Shown here: positions 47,427 to 56,492 of the stretch, in pieces
Position numbering within the stretch: the stretch's first letter is position 1
Layout: each line of letters starts with the position of its first letter
Assembly: GCA_963754085.1 (NCBI GenBank)
Contig: CAVWFA010000009.1
Location: forward strand, 7,086 to 71,085
Direction of reading: 5' to 3'
Length of the DNA stretch: 64,000 nt
DNA from: Candidatus Aminicenantes bacterium
Lineage (GTDB): Bacteria; Acidobacteriota; Aminicenantia; Aminicenantales; Saccharicenantaceae
The notes under the pieces: generated by a model
The model's input: the letters and a program-made list of their open reading frames with translations, nothing else
The model's database searches: none
Told to the model about the DNA's origin: nothing
Program-made: the position numbers and the translations under genes

Positions 47427-48698
47427 CTACGGCGGTGAAGTATCCTGTTGGCGCAGGATGGCCATGACCTCGGAGGCGGGCCGGTCCTGCCGCAGCAGGT
47501 CGGCCATGATGCGCATGGCCCGGTCGGCGTGCTTGAAGAAGGCCTTGTACCCGGCGCAGAGATAATTGAGCCCGGACCCTCCGCCGGGCGCCTCGACGAA
47601 GCGGTTCTTGGGGCATTCGCCGTGGCAGACGCGCAGGAATTCGCATTCCCGGCAGTATCGGGGCAGGGTCTCTTTCTTGTCGCGCCCGAACTTGGTCTGT
47701 TTCTCCGAGGCCACGAGGTCGATCAGGGGCGTCTCCATGATGTTCCCGAGGAGGAACTTCGGCTCGACGAAGTGATCGCAGGAATAGAGATCGCCGTTAT
47801 GCTCGAGGGCCAGGCCCAGACCGCAGGTGGGCCCGAAGATGCAGACCGTCCCGGCCATGTCGAGCCAGCCGGCCAGGGCGCCGTCGAAGTTGAGGACGAA
47901 GGTCTCTCCGACGTCCTGGCTCACCCACTCGTCGAAGATCGCGATCAGGAAGCGGCCGAATTCTTCGGGCCCCACGGACCGGTCCGTGACCGTCCGGCCT
48001 TCCTGATAACCGGTGTCATTGTCGCGCTCAACGATGGGGATGAACTGGATGTAGCGGGCCCCCAGCTCGTCCCGGAAGAACCGGTAGACATCCAGGGGAC
48101 GGCGGGAGTTGTCAGAGTTAACGGTGCAGAGGATGTTGAATTCCACCTGATGCGCCTGGAGCCGGCGGGCCGCCGCCAGGACCCGGTCGAAGGTCCCCCG
48201 GCCGCCCCTGTCCTTGCGGTGGACATCGTGAAGCTCCTGGGGACCGTCGAGGCTCAGGCCGACGAGGAAGGCGTTGTCGTGAAAGAACCGGCACCAATCG
48301 TCGTCGAGGAGAATGCCGTTGGTCTGGAACGTGTTCTCGATCCGTGTGCCCGGCTTCCGGTATTTCTGCTGGAACTCGACCGACCGCCTGAAGAAATCGA
48401 GGCCCATGAGGGTCGGCTCCCCGCCCTGCCACGCGATCGTCACCTGCGGGACCTGGTGAGCCTCGAGAAGCTGCCGGATATAGGCCTCGTGGACCTCATC
48501 CGGCATCCGGAAGCGGCTGCCGGGGTAAAGAGCCTCTTTCTTCAGGAAAAAGCAGTAGTCGCAGGCCAGGTTGCAGGCCGAACCCGTCGGCTTGGCCATG
48601 ACGTGAAAAGCCGGGGGCACGCCCGACGGAGGTCGAGATGGCGCCTTTCGGGCCGCCCCGGCCAGGCTCTTCAGGATCTTCGCCTTTTTCGTCATCAT
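47427..48698 (-). CDS. anaerobic sulfatase-maturating enzyme (radical SAM/SPASM)
   Basis: The start is set at MMTKKAKIL (GAAGGAG RBS). Motifs seen: the CX3CX2C motif SACNLACDYCFF, WQGGEPTL, and SPASM cysteines CIFGPTCG...YSCDHF...RYCRECEFLRVCHGECPKNR. The ORF-track N-terminal extension overlaps the upstream gene. Confidence 0.9.
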   Translation of the reverse strand: MMTKKAKILKSLAGAARKAPSRPPSGVPPAFHVMAKPTGSACNLACDYCFFLKKEALYPGSRFRMPDEVHEAYIRQLLEAHQVPQVTIAWQGGEPTLMGLDFFRRSVEFQQKYRKPGTRIENTFQTNGILLDDDWCRFFHDNAFLVGLSLDGPQELHDVHRKDRGGRGTFDRVLAAARRLQAHQVEFNILCTVNSDNSRRPLDVYRFFRDELGARYIQFIPIVERDNDTGYQEGRTVTDRSVGPEEFGRFLIAIFDEWVSQDVGETFVLNFDGALAGWLDMAGTVCIFGPTCGLGLALEHNGDLYSCDHFVEPKFLLGNIMETPLIDLVASEKQTKFGRDKKETLPRYCRECEFLRVCHGECPKNRFVEAPGGGSGLNYLCAGYKAFFKHADRAMRIMADLLRQDRPASEVMAILRQQDTSPP

Positions 48699-48733
48699 GG
48701 CTCCTTCGGCCCGTCGAACGGAAAAATGCGCTC

Positions 48734-51511
48734 CTAGTCTCCTCTTGCGGCCGGCCCGCGGGGAAGCAGGATCCGCACGGGTCCGAAGAGGCCGGACGCC
48801 GCGGCTTCGCCGTAGCTGTTGCTGATCAGATTGGCGACGCGGACCCGGATCTCGTTCGGACCGGGCCGCAGCGCCTGACCGATCGCATAGACGTGCGGGC
48901 CCCAGAGACGGGCGCCGCAGCTCGCGCCGTTCACCCAGACCTCGGCGACGTGGGCGACCTTGCCGAGGTCGAGGAGGAGGCCCTTGTCGGCCGCCTCGAC
49001 CGTGACCGTCTTGGTGTAATCGAGCAGCCCGCTGAACTTCTCGAGCCCCCAGGCGCCCCAGTCCTCGAGCGGCTTCCCGACGCCCGCGGCGAAGGGCGCC
49101 GGAGGGACCATCGGGAACTCCATCACCGGCTGAACGGCCGGATCGAAACTGACCTTCCAGGGCCCTTCGACGGCGGCGACCACCTCGATATCGGGTTGCT
49201 GTTCCGGAGGCCCGGCCAGAGCCGTCTGCGCGGGATCGAAGACCAGCCAATAAGCTTCGTAGGGCTTGAAGACCACGGTGACCTCTGCCCCCGTCTCCCC
49301 GTCGGCCGAGGCGATCGGCCGGATCGTCCCGGTCTCGCAATCCCAGATCGAGGCGGCGCCGCGCCCGCCCTTGAGCGAGACCTGTCCCGACTGCCACGCA
49401 TCGGTATTGTTAGCCAGCCAGAAGAACTCCCGGCCGTCGATGCGGCGGTGGTGCCGCAGCATCGGGAAGGCCCCCGAGGAGAAAACGACCTGGCTTTCCA
49501 GGCCGGCCAGCGCGCTCGAGGCGTCAAAGAGGGCTTTCAAGCCGTCCTCGGGACAGGCCGTGTACGTCGGCTGCGCGCGAAGCGTGTCCATCAGCTCTTT
49601 CATGCGCGGGTCGCCCAGCCCCTGCTCCGCCGAAGCGGCCGGCAGCTCGGCCAGCGCATAGACCCGGCCGCCGGCCTTGGCGAAATCGACCATCTTCCGG
49701 GCCGCTTCGAGCGGCAGGATGTCGAGGGCCGGCAGGACGAGCGTCCGGAAGGCCAGCTCGCCGCGGACGAGGCTCCCCTTCCCGACCGTCATCTGGCCGA
49801 GATAATGACGGTCACCGACGAGGAACTCGATCCCGGCCTCGGTCAGGTCGTCGATGGCCCGGGCGTAGATCTTGTCGAGGGCGTTGACGCGACGGCCGGC
49901 CGGGTCCTTCTCCGGGAAGTTCCACATATCGACGTCGAGCAGGCCGGCGTCGGCCTGCATCCAGGCGGACTCGATCGGATTGTAGAGCAGCACGTCGGCC
50001 GCGGCCTGGCCCTGAGAATTGACAAAGCTCGCCCGCCGGACGAAGTCGGTCCAGAGGTGGAGGTACGGGAACATCGGGTTCTCGGAGTACCAGTCGGGGG
50101 GCCAGGGGTTGCCGGTGAGCTTGCGGGCCGTGAAGACGCCGTGGGGGATGACGTGGCTCATGCCCCAGGCGGTCACGGCGTTGGCGGCCTGCTTCAGGAA
50201 GGGCGGATTGAACGTGCCCCAGGGGGTCCCTTCGAACGCGCCGGCCCCCATGAGCTCGGTCACGGCCCGCCGGCCCTCGAACTCCGCGACCGACTCGATC
50301 TCCTTGAAGTCGTGGACGCGCAGGGGCTTGCGGCCGAGGCAGTCCTGGCCCGGCATGGTCACGCTGCGGAGGAGCTTCAGGTGGTCGCCGACGGCCGAGA
50401 CCTGCGGCTGGATCCCCTCCTCCCAGAAATGGATCGTCGTGTACATTCCCCGCTTCTCGTGCCAGTCGGTTACGGCCTGGAAACCCTCGGCGTAGATGTC
50501 GGAGACGAGGTCGAACCACTCCCAGCGGGCCCGGGCAAAGACGCCCTCGGCGTCGCGGTCGACCGAAAGCGGGAGCCAGAGGCGGATATCACGGCCGTAC
50601 CGCTCTCTGTAGCGCTGGTCGAGCGTCCCCGACCAGGCCAGGCCCCAGCCGTAATCGCCTTCGTTGTCGATGAAGTCGCCGGGGATGGAGCGGCCCAGCC
50701 TGTCGGAGAGGCGGCGGGCATAGGGCTCGAGCGCGATGTCGATGAAGGCCGGAGCGAGCCGGGCGTCGAGATAATTGACTTTCGAGCCGTCGGCGCCGGC
50801 GTGGCTGTAGGTGTTGAAGACATAGACGCGCCACGGACCGCCGCCGGCCGGCGCCGTCCAGTTGAACGGCGCCCCGGCGCCGATCGTCCGCAGAGTCTTG
50901 CTCAGGATGAGGCCCGAGGCCGGGTCCAATTCGGCGGCCGCGGCGAAGAACGAGGCGGGGACGGTCGCCTCAGCTCCGCCCGGGACTTCGACGGTCGCCC
51001 AGCTCAGGGACGCGGCCTGAAGATCGGGATTGGCCTTGAGAATGCGGCCGTTGGCCTGGAAGCTCGGCCACCAGTATTCGTCGCAATAGCCAAGATAGTT
51101 CTGCCGGGCCTCGGCCTCTTTCAGGGCGGCGTCGAACGAGGCGAACCACGCGTCGCCCAGCCACTCCGAGTCGGGCAGGTCGGGCGTCCCGACCATGGAC
51201 CGCCGGGCGTGGGCGTAGCCGGGGCTGAAGCGCTGGCTCAGCATCGTCCGCGACATCTCCGCCATCTTGGCCGGGTCGAGCGGCTCGTCCCAGAACCAGA
51301 AGATGAAGGGCGCATAGGTCATGTCCGGTTCCGCGAAGGAGGCCCGGATCGTCTCGAACGGCACGGCCGTCCGGACGCCGCGGTTGGCAGGTCTGTCCGG
51401 GGCGGCCGGGGCGGCCGGCGACTGGCTCCGGCGGCAGGCCGGCAGAACCGACAAGGCGACGGTCAAAACGGTGAGTATGAGGGTCTGCGGTCGCGGCCAG
51501 GGTCGGGACAT
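48734..51511 (-). CDS. large glycoside-hydrolase-like lipoprotein (GH106-like N-terminal region, GH2-type sugar-binding jelly-roll at the C-terminus)
   Basis: The start is set at MSRPWPRPQTLILTVLTVALSVLPAC (lipobox, AGGAAGGAG RBS). Also seen: YAPFIFWFWDEPL and a C-terminal AEVWVNGASCGARLWGPHVYAIGQALRPGPNEIRVRVANLISN. The family call is tentative. Confidence 0.55.
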   Translation of the reverse strand: MSRPWPRPQTLILTVLTVALSVLPACRRSQSPAAPAAPDRPANRGVRTAVPFETIRASFAEPDMTYAPFIFWFWDEPLDPAKMAEMSRTMLSQRFSPGYAHARRSMVGTPDLPDSEWLGDAWFASFDAALKEAEARQNYLGYCDEYWWPSFQANGRILKANPDLQAASLSWATVEVPGGAEATVPASFFAAAAELDPASGLILSKTLRTIGAGAPFNWTAPAGGGPWRVYVFNTYSHAGADGSKVNYLDARLAPAFIDIALEPYARRLSDRLGRSIPGDFIDNEGDYGWGLAWSGTLDQRYRERYGRDIRLWLPLSVDRDAEGVFARARWEWFDLVSDIYAEGFQAVTDWHEKRGMYTTIHFWEEGIQPQVSAVGDHLKLLRSVTMPGQDCLGRKPLRVHDFKEIESVAEFEGRRAVTELMGAGAFEGTPWGTFNPPFLKQAANAVTAWGMSHVIPHGVFTARKLTGNPWPPDWYSENPMFPYLHLWTDFVRRASFVNSQGQAAADVLLYNPIESAWMQADAGLLDVDMWNFPEKDPAGRRVNALDKIYARAIDDLTEAGIEFLVGDRHYLGQMTVGKGSLVRGELAFRTLVLPALDILPLEAARKMVDFAKAGGRVYALAELPAASAEQGLGDPRMKELMDTLRAQPTYTACPEDGLKALFDASSALAGLESQVVFSSGAFPMLRHHRRIDGREFFWLANNTDAWQSGQVSLKGGRGAASIWDCETGTIRPIASADGETGAEVTVVFKPYEAYWLVFDPAQTALAGPPEQQPDIEVVAAVEGPWKVSFDPAVQPVMEFPMVPPAPFAAGVGKPLEDWGAWGLEKFSGLLDYTKTVTVEAADKGLLLDLGKVAHVAEVWVNGASCGARLWGPHVYAIGQALRPGPNEIRVRVANLISNSYGEAAASGLFGPVRILLPRGPAARGD

Positions 51512-51561
51512 CGGGATCTCCTTCCTGTTGAGGGCAGGTCGGTCCTCCAAGTTACAGGCCC

Positions 51562-51591
51562 ATGATATTCACGGCCCCGGGCGGGTGTCAA
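51562..51591 (-). promoter_or_regulatory. candidate sigma70-type promoter of the GH-like/anSME operon
   Basis: Minus strand reads TTGACA-18 nt-TATCAT. Confidence 0.55.
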
Positions 51592-51621
51592 TGACGAAGG
51601 AGGCCCCGGCCGGGAGGCCCG

Positions 51622-51651
51622 TTGACAAGCGCTTCCGGCCGCGCCTATAGT
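51622..51651 (+). promoter_or_regulatory. candidate sigma70-type promoter (divergent partner)
   Basis: TTGACA-18 nt-TATAGT, preceded by GGGAGGCCCG. Confidence 0.55.
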
Positions 51652-51682
51652 TGACCCAAGAGTCCGCCCCGGGAGGGACACT

Positions 51683-52852
51683 ATGAAGCGCCTTGCGACG
51701 ATCATTATTCTCGGCCTTTCCATCGTCATCCGGGCCGCGTCCGCGCCGCCCCGAGATTCGGCTCAAGCCCGGCCGGCGCAGCCCTCCCCTGCCCCGGGCG
51801 GAGCCCCGCTCGTCTTCCGCAACCAGGTCGTTTTCGACCAGCAAGGGCTCGGCCTGGAATACCTCCGGATGCTCGTCCCCAAGGATTGGGCCTTCAACGG
51901 CGGCCTCACCTGGAATTTCGCCAAGAACCCGCCCGAAGCGTTCCTGGTCTATACCGTCGCAAGCCCGGACGGCAGCTCGGTCATCCAGCAATTCCCCTAC
52001 GCGAACTTGTACTGGTCGCCGGACCAGCAGCTCCAGTATTCGTTCGCCCATATGGGGAGCACGATCATGCAGACCATGGGCGCGCTCGATTTCCTCCAGC
52101 GCGCCTTCATTCCCCAGGTCCGCCAGGGAGTGAGCGGCATCAAGGTCCTCGAAACCCAGCCGCTCCCGGCCGTGGCCCAGCAGGCCTTGGCCGTCACCAA
52201 CCTGACGCTCAATCTATTCGGCCAGATCTCGCCGCCCAACGCCCCCTATCAGACGCAGGCCGACGCCGGGCGGGTCAAGGTCGAATACACGGTGAACGGG
52301 CGCCGGATCATCGAAGATTTCGGGGTGATCGTCACCTATTACATCACCAACAGTCCGACGCTCTCGGGCATGGTCGTCCCGAGCGTCAGCTGGTCGCCCA
52401 CCGTCGTCAGCTTCCGCTGCCCGGCCGAGGAGATGCCGGCCAAGATCCGAACGTTCCAGATCGCCCTGATGTCCCGCTTCGACAATCCGGTCTGGCAGGT
52501 GAGCTATACGCGGCTCTGCGCCCTGGTCACTCGCGAACAGCTCCGCCAGCAGCAGGCGATCTTCGCCCGCTACCAGCAGATCCACAAGACGCTCGAGGAA
52601 TGCAACGACATCATCTGGCAGACCTATCAGAACAAGAGCGCCGCCCAGGACCGGATGTTCGACAGCTACAGTCAGGCGCTGCGGGGTGTCGACACCTATG
52701 TCGACCCGGTCAACAACTGGAACGTCGAGCTGCCGACGGGCTACGGCAACGCCTGGACGAACGGCACGGATTACGTCTTCAGCGACAGCTCCAGCTTCAA
52801 CCCGAACACCCTGTCCTCGGGGAACTGGCAGAAGATGACCCCCAAACGCTGA
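51683..52852 (+). CDS. secreted hypothetical protein
   Basis: 389 aa with signal peptide MKRLATIIILGLSIVIRAASA. No motif I can assign. Confidence 0.5.
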   Translation: MKRLATIIILGLSIVIRAASAPPRDSAQARPAQPSPAPGGAPLVFRNQVVFDQQGLGLEYLRMLVPKDWAFNGGLTWNFAKNPPEAFLVYTVASPDGSSVIQQFPYANLYWSPDQQLQYSFAHMGSTIMQTMGALDFLQRAFIPQVRQGVSGIKVLETQPLPAVAQQALAVTNLTLNLFGQISPPNAPYQTQADAGRVKVEYTVNGRRIIEDFGVIVTYYITNSPTLSGMVVPSVSWSPTVVSFRCPAEEMPAKIRTFQIALMSRFDNPVWQVSYTRLCALVTREQLRQQQAIFARYQQIHKTLEECNDIIWQTYQNKSAAQDRMFDSYSQALRGVDTYVDPVNNWNVELPTGYGNAWTNGTDYVFSDSSSFNPNTLSSGNWQKMTPKR

Positions 52853-52894
52853 AGAGGGGCCGGAGGGAGGGCCCGCGGTCGGTCCTCGAGGCGT

Positions 52895-52940
52895 ATAGGA
52901 CTAAGGTCCGATTGAATCCCGCTCGGGGGTCTGGTATAAG
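52895..52940 (+). promoter_or_regulatory. candidate sigma70-type promoter with conserved upstream 16-mer (copy k)
   Basis: TAGGACTAAGGTCCGA-TTGAAT-17 nt-TATAAG. Confidence 0.55.
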
Positions 52941-53063
52941 TCCTTGAGTAGGCTATGGTCTCCCTGCTGCGGCGGGAATTAGACCTTCACGGGAGGCATA
53001 TGTCTGGAAGAGAACAGCTCCCCGGAAACCGGAGAGCGAGATCTGGAGGAAAGGGGAATTCCG

Positions 53064-53900
53064 ATGAAATTGAATAAAAGCCTTTTGCTGACGGGTGTTT
53101 TCTTGGCTGTCCTGGGGCTGGCCGGCGCGGCCTGGAGCCAGGAGGGATCGGAGCAAACGGCCAAGGTCTGGCCGAAGAAACCCAATTTCTCCATCCGCCT
53201 CGGGTCCATCTTCAGCGATGTCAGCAGCCAATTCCGGGTCGACAGTGCGGACGGCGAAGGGACGTTGATCGACGCGCAAGACGTCCTGAACATCCCCAAG
53301 AACGGGACCGCGTTCCGGGCCAAAGGGGACTTTCGGATCGCCAAATGGTTCGGCATCGAGGCCGAATTCTATCGGATCGCCGACTCCGCGACCACGGTCA
53401 TCGATCGCCAGCTCATCGTCGGTGACGAGATCTTCGACATCAACGAGACGGTCACGACGGGTTTCAACCGGTCTTTCCTGGACACATTCCTGAAATTCTA
53501 TCTCGTCCACAAGCCCCGGCTGGACCTGGGCCTGTTCGTCGGGGCCAACATCCATTTTATGGAGCTGACTCTGGACGCCCAGCCGTCGGGCCGCTCCGTC
53601 GTGAAGAATCCCTGGTATCCCATCCCCTCCCTCGGCGCGACCTTCAGCTACACGCTCGGACCGCGGTGGTACCTCTACGGCAAGGCCGGGTATTTTTTCT
53701 TCAAGGTCCAGGATTCGGGCCTGAAGCTCGATTCCACGCGCTTCGACGTCAGCATGGATTACTACATCTGGAAGTCGCTCGGGGTCGGCGTGACCTACGA
53801 ATACATCAAGACGTCGATGGACCGGAGCACGGAAGAATTTACGGGCATGATCTCGAACAGGAGCAGCAGCTTCCAGATCTACGGGGTGATCGGCTTCTGA
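53064..53900 (+). CDS. outer-membrane beta-barrel protein, family unknown
   Basis: Signal peptide MKLNKSLLLTGVFLAVLGLAGAAWS, alternating strand pattern and terminal ...FQIYGVIGF. Confidence 0.6.
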   Translation: MKLNKSLLLTGVFLAVLGLAGAAWSQEGSEQTAKVWPKKPNFSIRLGSIFSDVSSQFRVDSADGEGTLIDAQDVLNIPKNGTAFRAKGDFRIAKWFGIEAEFYRIADSATTVIDRQLIVGDEIFDINETVTTGFNRSFLDTFLKFYLVHKPRLDLGLFVGANIHFMELTLDAQPSGRSVVKNPWYPIPSLGATFSYTLGPRWYLYGKAGYFFFKVQDSGLKLDSTRFDVSMDYYIWKSLGVGVTYEYIKTSMDRSTEEFTGMISNRSSSFQIYGVIGF

Positions 53901-53931
53901 TCGCCCGCAGCCTCCAAAGCAACGAGCGGTC

Positions 53932-54921
53932 TTACCCTTCGCCGCGGATCAGCCGGCCGACCTTGGCCAGCGTTTCGACGTCGATGGGCCGGAGCCGGCC
54001 ATCGGTGCCCGGGCCGACATCGATCGAGAAGATGTTGCCGTACTTCACCGCCCCCAGATAATCCGCATAGATCTTCTCGACGGGAAGGACAAGGCGGTCG
54101 TGCTTCGGCAGGGAGTAGAACCAGTTCGCCCCGCCCTCGTGTTCGGGCAGGATGGGGTAGGTGAACTCGGCCAGCCGGTAGCCCGCGCTCGGCACATCCT
54201 TCATGAACGGCCCCGCGGCCGCGCTGTCGGTGAGGGGGCCCGGCCGGCCCATCTCGCCGAGGCGGATGTCGGCCCCGTCCTGGTCGCCGTGGTTGAAGCC
54301 GACGAAGCAGCCCGGCTGGAGAGATTTGCACCAGGCGGCGGTCTCCCTGTGGCTCAGGCCGCCCGTGCCCACGGCGTGGTCGAACCAGATGTATTCGATG
54401 GGACCGTACTCCGTCAGCAGCTCCTTCAGCTGGGCTTTCTTCATTTCGGGGTTGGAACCGCCCTCAGCGATCTTCCCGTCGACCGCGCCGGGCCAGGTCC
54501 AATCCCCTTCCGAGAAATAAAGCGCCAGCTTGATGCCGAACTTGTCGCAGCTTTTCCTGAGCTCGGCCAGGACGTCCCGGCCGAGGGGGGCGTTGGTGAC
54601 CTTGCGCGCGGTGGTCTTCGTGTCCCAGAGACAGAAGCCGTCGTGGTGCTTGGTCAGGAACAGGATGTAGCCCATGCCGGCGTCCTTGGCGGTGCGCGCC
54701 CACTGGTCCGTGTCGACGGCGGCGGCCCTGAAGAAGGACACGTCCGTGACGCCCGGCGTCCATTCCTTGCCGGAGAACGTGCTGAAGCTCCAGCAGATGA
54801 ACATCCCCCAGCGCAGGTTCTTCAACTCTTCGGCGCGCTTGGCCATATCCACGGGCTGGGTGGCGCCGAGCGAAAGGGCGATCGCGAACAGGGCCAGCAG
54901 GGTCTTCGCCGTCTTGGTCAT
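53932..54921 (-). CDS. alpha-L-fucosidase (GH29 catalytic domain), secreted
   Basis: WGMFICWSFSTFSGKEW, YILFLTKHHDGFCLWDT, EYIWFDHA. The start is set at MTKTAKTLLALFAIALSLGA (GAGGAG RBS). Confidence 0.8.
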   Translation of the reverse strand: MTKTAKTLLALFAIALSLGATQPVDMAKRAEELKNLRWGMFICWSFSTFSGKEWTPGVTDVSFFRAAAVDTDQWARTAKDAGMGYILFLTKHHDGFCLWDTKTTARKVTNAPLGRDVLAELRKSCDKFGIKLALYFSEGDWTWPGAVDGKIAEGGSNPEMKKAQLKELLTEYGPIEYIWFDHAVGTGGLSHRETAAWCKSLQPGCFVGFNHGDQDGADIRLGEMGRPGPLTDSAAAGPFMKDVPSAGYRLAEFTYPILPEHEGGANWFYSLPKHDRLVLPVEKIYADYLGAVKYGNIFSIDVGPGTDGRLRPIDVETLAKVGRLIRGEG

Positions 54922-55016
54922 CACGTCTCCTCTCATGCCGGAGCCGGTTGTTCAGGAAGGTGTTCGCATGATACTCGGGCCCCCGCGCCGGCGTCAACCG
55001 CCGCCGGAGGGATCGA

Positions 55017-55052
55017 TCGACGAGCGCTGGCGGGTCCGCGTCGTCAGGTAGC
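55017..55052. repeat. 36-bp perfect direct repeat, copy 1
   Basis: tcgacgagcgctggcgggtccgcgtcgtcaggtagc is identical to 56493..56528. It contains an imperfect hairpin GACGA(C)GCG...CGCTCGTC on the minus strand. It lies 23 nt after the Kelch stop. Confidence 0.85.
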
Positions 55053-55074
55053 CGTCATTCCGGGGCCGGAGCAT

Positions 55075-56262
55075 TCAGCGGCGCGCCGCCGGACTCGTCT
55101 CCACCAATTCGCTCGGCTCGATCATCACGTTCCCGGGCCCTATGCCTCCCGCGACCAGGATCCGGCCGTCGGGCAGGCGCGTGGCGCTATGCCAGAACCG
55201 GCCTTGGAGAAGGCGGCCGCACTCGGTGGAGCTCCCGACGAGGGGATCGTATTTTTCGATCTCCGGGACGAGATCGGATGGGTGCGGCCACGCGTAGCCG
55301 CCGATGACCAGGATCTCGCCTGTTTCTTCGAGGAGCGTGAGGCTTGCGGCCGCCCGGGGGTGGATCAGTCCGGCCCGGCTTTCGAAGAGGCCCGTCCCGG
55401 GATCGTAGAGCGCTGCGAAATTGTGCACCATATCGAGATACAGGATCTTCCCCGATGGCAGCTCCACGGCCTTATGCCCATAGCCGAGAGGGATCGGATA
55501 GGGGGCGTCGCCCAATCCAAAGGTCGCGGTGACCGGATCGAACAGCTCAAGATCGACCGGGTAGAACGTCAGGCCGCCGTACCAGCTCGCGCCGCCGGCG
55601 ATGAGCACGAGGCCCGAATCCAGCAGCGCGGCGGTGTGACCGGTCCGGCAATGCCACATCTCTCCGGCAGGGGCGAAAGTCCCGGTCGCCGGATCGAACA
55701 GCTCGCATTCCTTGTTCACGCTGTCGATATATCGGCCATCCCCGCCGGCCAATAGCACCCGGCCGTCCGCCAGGAGCGTCGCCGTATGGTCACGGCGGGC
55801 GGTGATCATGGGCCCGCTGGCCGGCTCGAACCGGTTCGTCGCCGGGTCAAAGACCTCGGCCTGGTCCGTCGCGATCAGGTAGGGGTCCAGCGACTGCCCC
55901 CCCGCGACGAGGACGCGTCCGTCGCGCAGGAGGGTCGCCGTGAACTCGGTCCTTTTCAAGGCCATGGACCCGGCCGGCCGGACCCGGCCGGAGACCGGAG
56001 AGATGATCAGCGCAGTGGCCGTCGCCTCGGACCCCTCCGGATCCGGGGGAGCCGGGACCCGGCCGCCGATGACCAGGATCCGTCCGTCCAGCAGAGTGAT
56101 TGCCGCGTGGCCGGCCCGGCCCGGCGAAATGACGGGAGGAGAGAAGCTCTGCGGCTCGGGGCTGCAGCCCCAGAGGAAAACGAAACTCCATGCGACCGCG
56201 AGTGCGAGCGCCGGCATCGCCGGCACAAACAGGACTCCCTTGAAAATCGACCGGGTTTTCAT
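55075..56262 (-). CDS. Kelch-repeat beta-propeller protein, secreted
   Basis: Six repeats with the DGR(I/V)L(V/L)(I/A)GG signature: GRILVIGG, DGRVLVAGG, DGRVLLAGG, SGLVLIAGG, GEILVIGG, DGRILVAGG. Signal peptide after MKTRSIFKGV. Confidence 0.8.
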   Translation of the reverse strand: MKTRSIFKGVLFVPAMPALALAVAWSFVFLWGCSPEPQSFSPPVISPGRAGHAAITLLDGRILVIGGRVPAPPDPEGSEATATALIISPVSGRVRPAGSMALKRTEFTATLLRDGRVLVAGGQSLDPYLIATDQAEVFDPATNRFEPASGPMITARRDHTATLLADGRVLLAGGDGRYIDSVNKECELFDPATGTFAPAGEMWHCRTGHTAALLDSGLVLIAGGASWYGGLTFYPVDLELFDPVTATFGLGDAPYPIPLGYGHKAVELPSGKILYLDMVHNFAALYDPGTGLFESRAGLIHPRAAASLTLLEETGEILVIGGYAWPHPSDLVPEIEKYDPLVGSSTECGRLLQGRFWHSATRLPDGRILVAGGIGPGNVMIEPSELVETSPAARR

Positions 56263-56295
56263 TTCCGCCTCTTTCAGGAGCCGACTATACAAGCA

Positions 56296-56311
56296 GCATA
56301 TTTTGTGCCAC
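56296..56311 (-). promoter_or_regulatory. candidate sigma-54 promoter of the Kelch gene
   Basis: Minus strand reads TGGCACAAAATATGCT against TGGCAC-N5-TTGCW: one mismatch in the -12 box and correct GG/GC spacing. It lies 33 nt upstream of the ATG. It overlaps a possible TTGTCC-17-TATGCT sigma70 reading. Confidence 0.5.
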
Positions 56312-56492
56312 CAGGGTGGACAAAGGAACTCCCCTATGGGACGGAGGAACGCATCTCCCGATGTAATTTATTTTTACATGGCCCTGGTGTCCTCGAACTC
56401 AAACAATGTCCTATCATTGCGACAGATGGACAGGTCGGTGGACGAGGTCCGGGCCTGGGGCTTCGAGACGTAGAGGATCGTCAAGCTCTGGG

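Noticed and set aside
47427-49397. A 656-aa version of the anSME ORF.
   Set aside because: The N-terminal 230 aa are Arg/Gly-rich junk overlapping the 3' end of the upstream GH-like gene. A good RBS precedes MMTKKAKIL at 48698.
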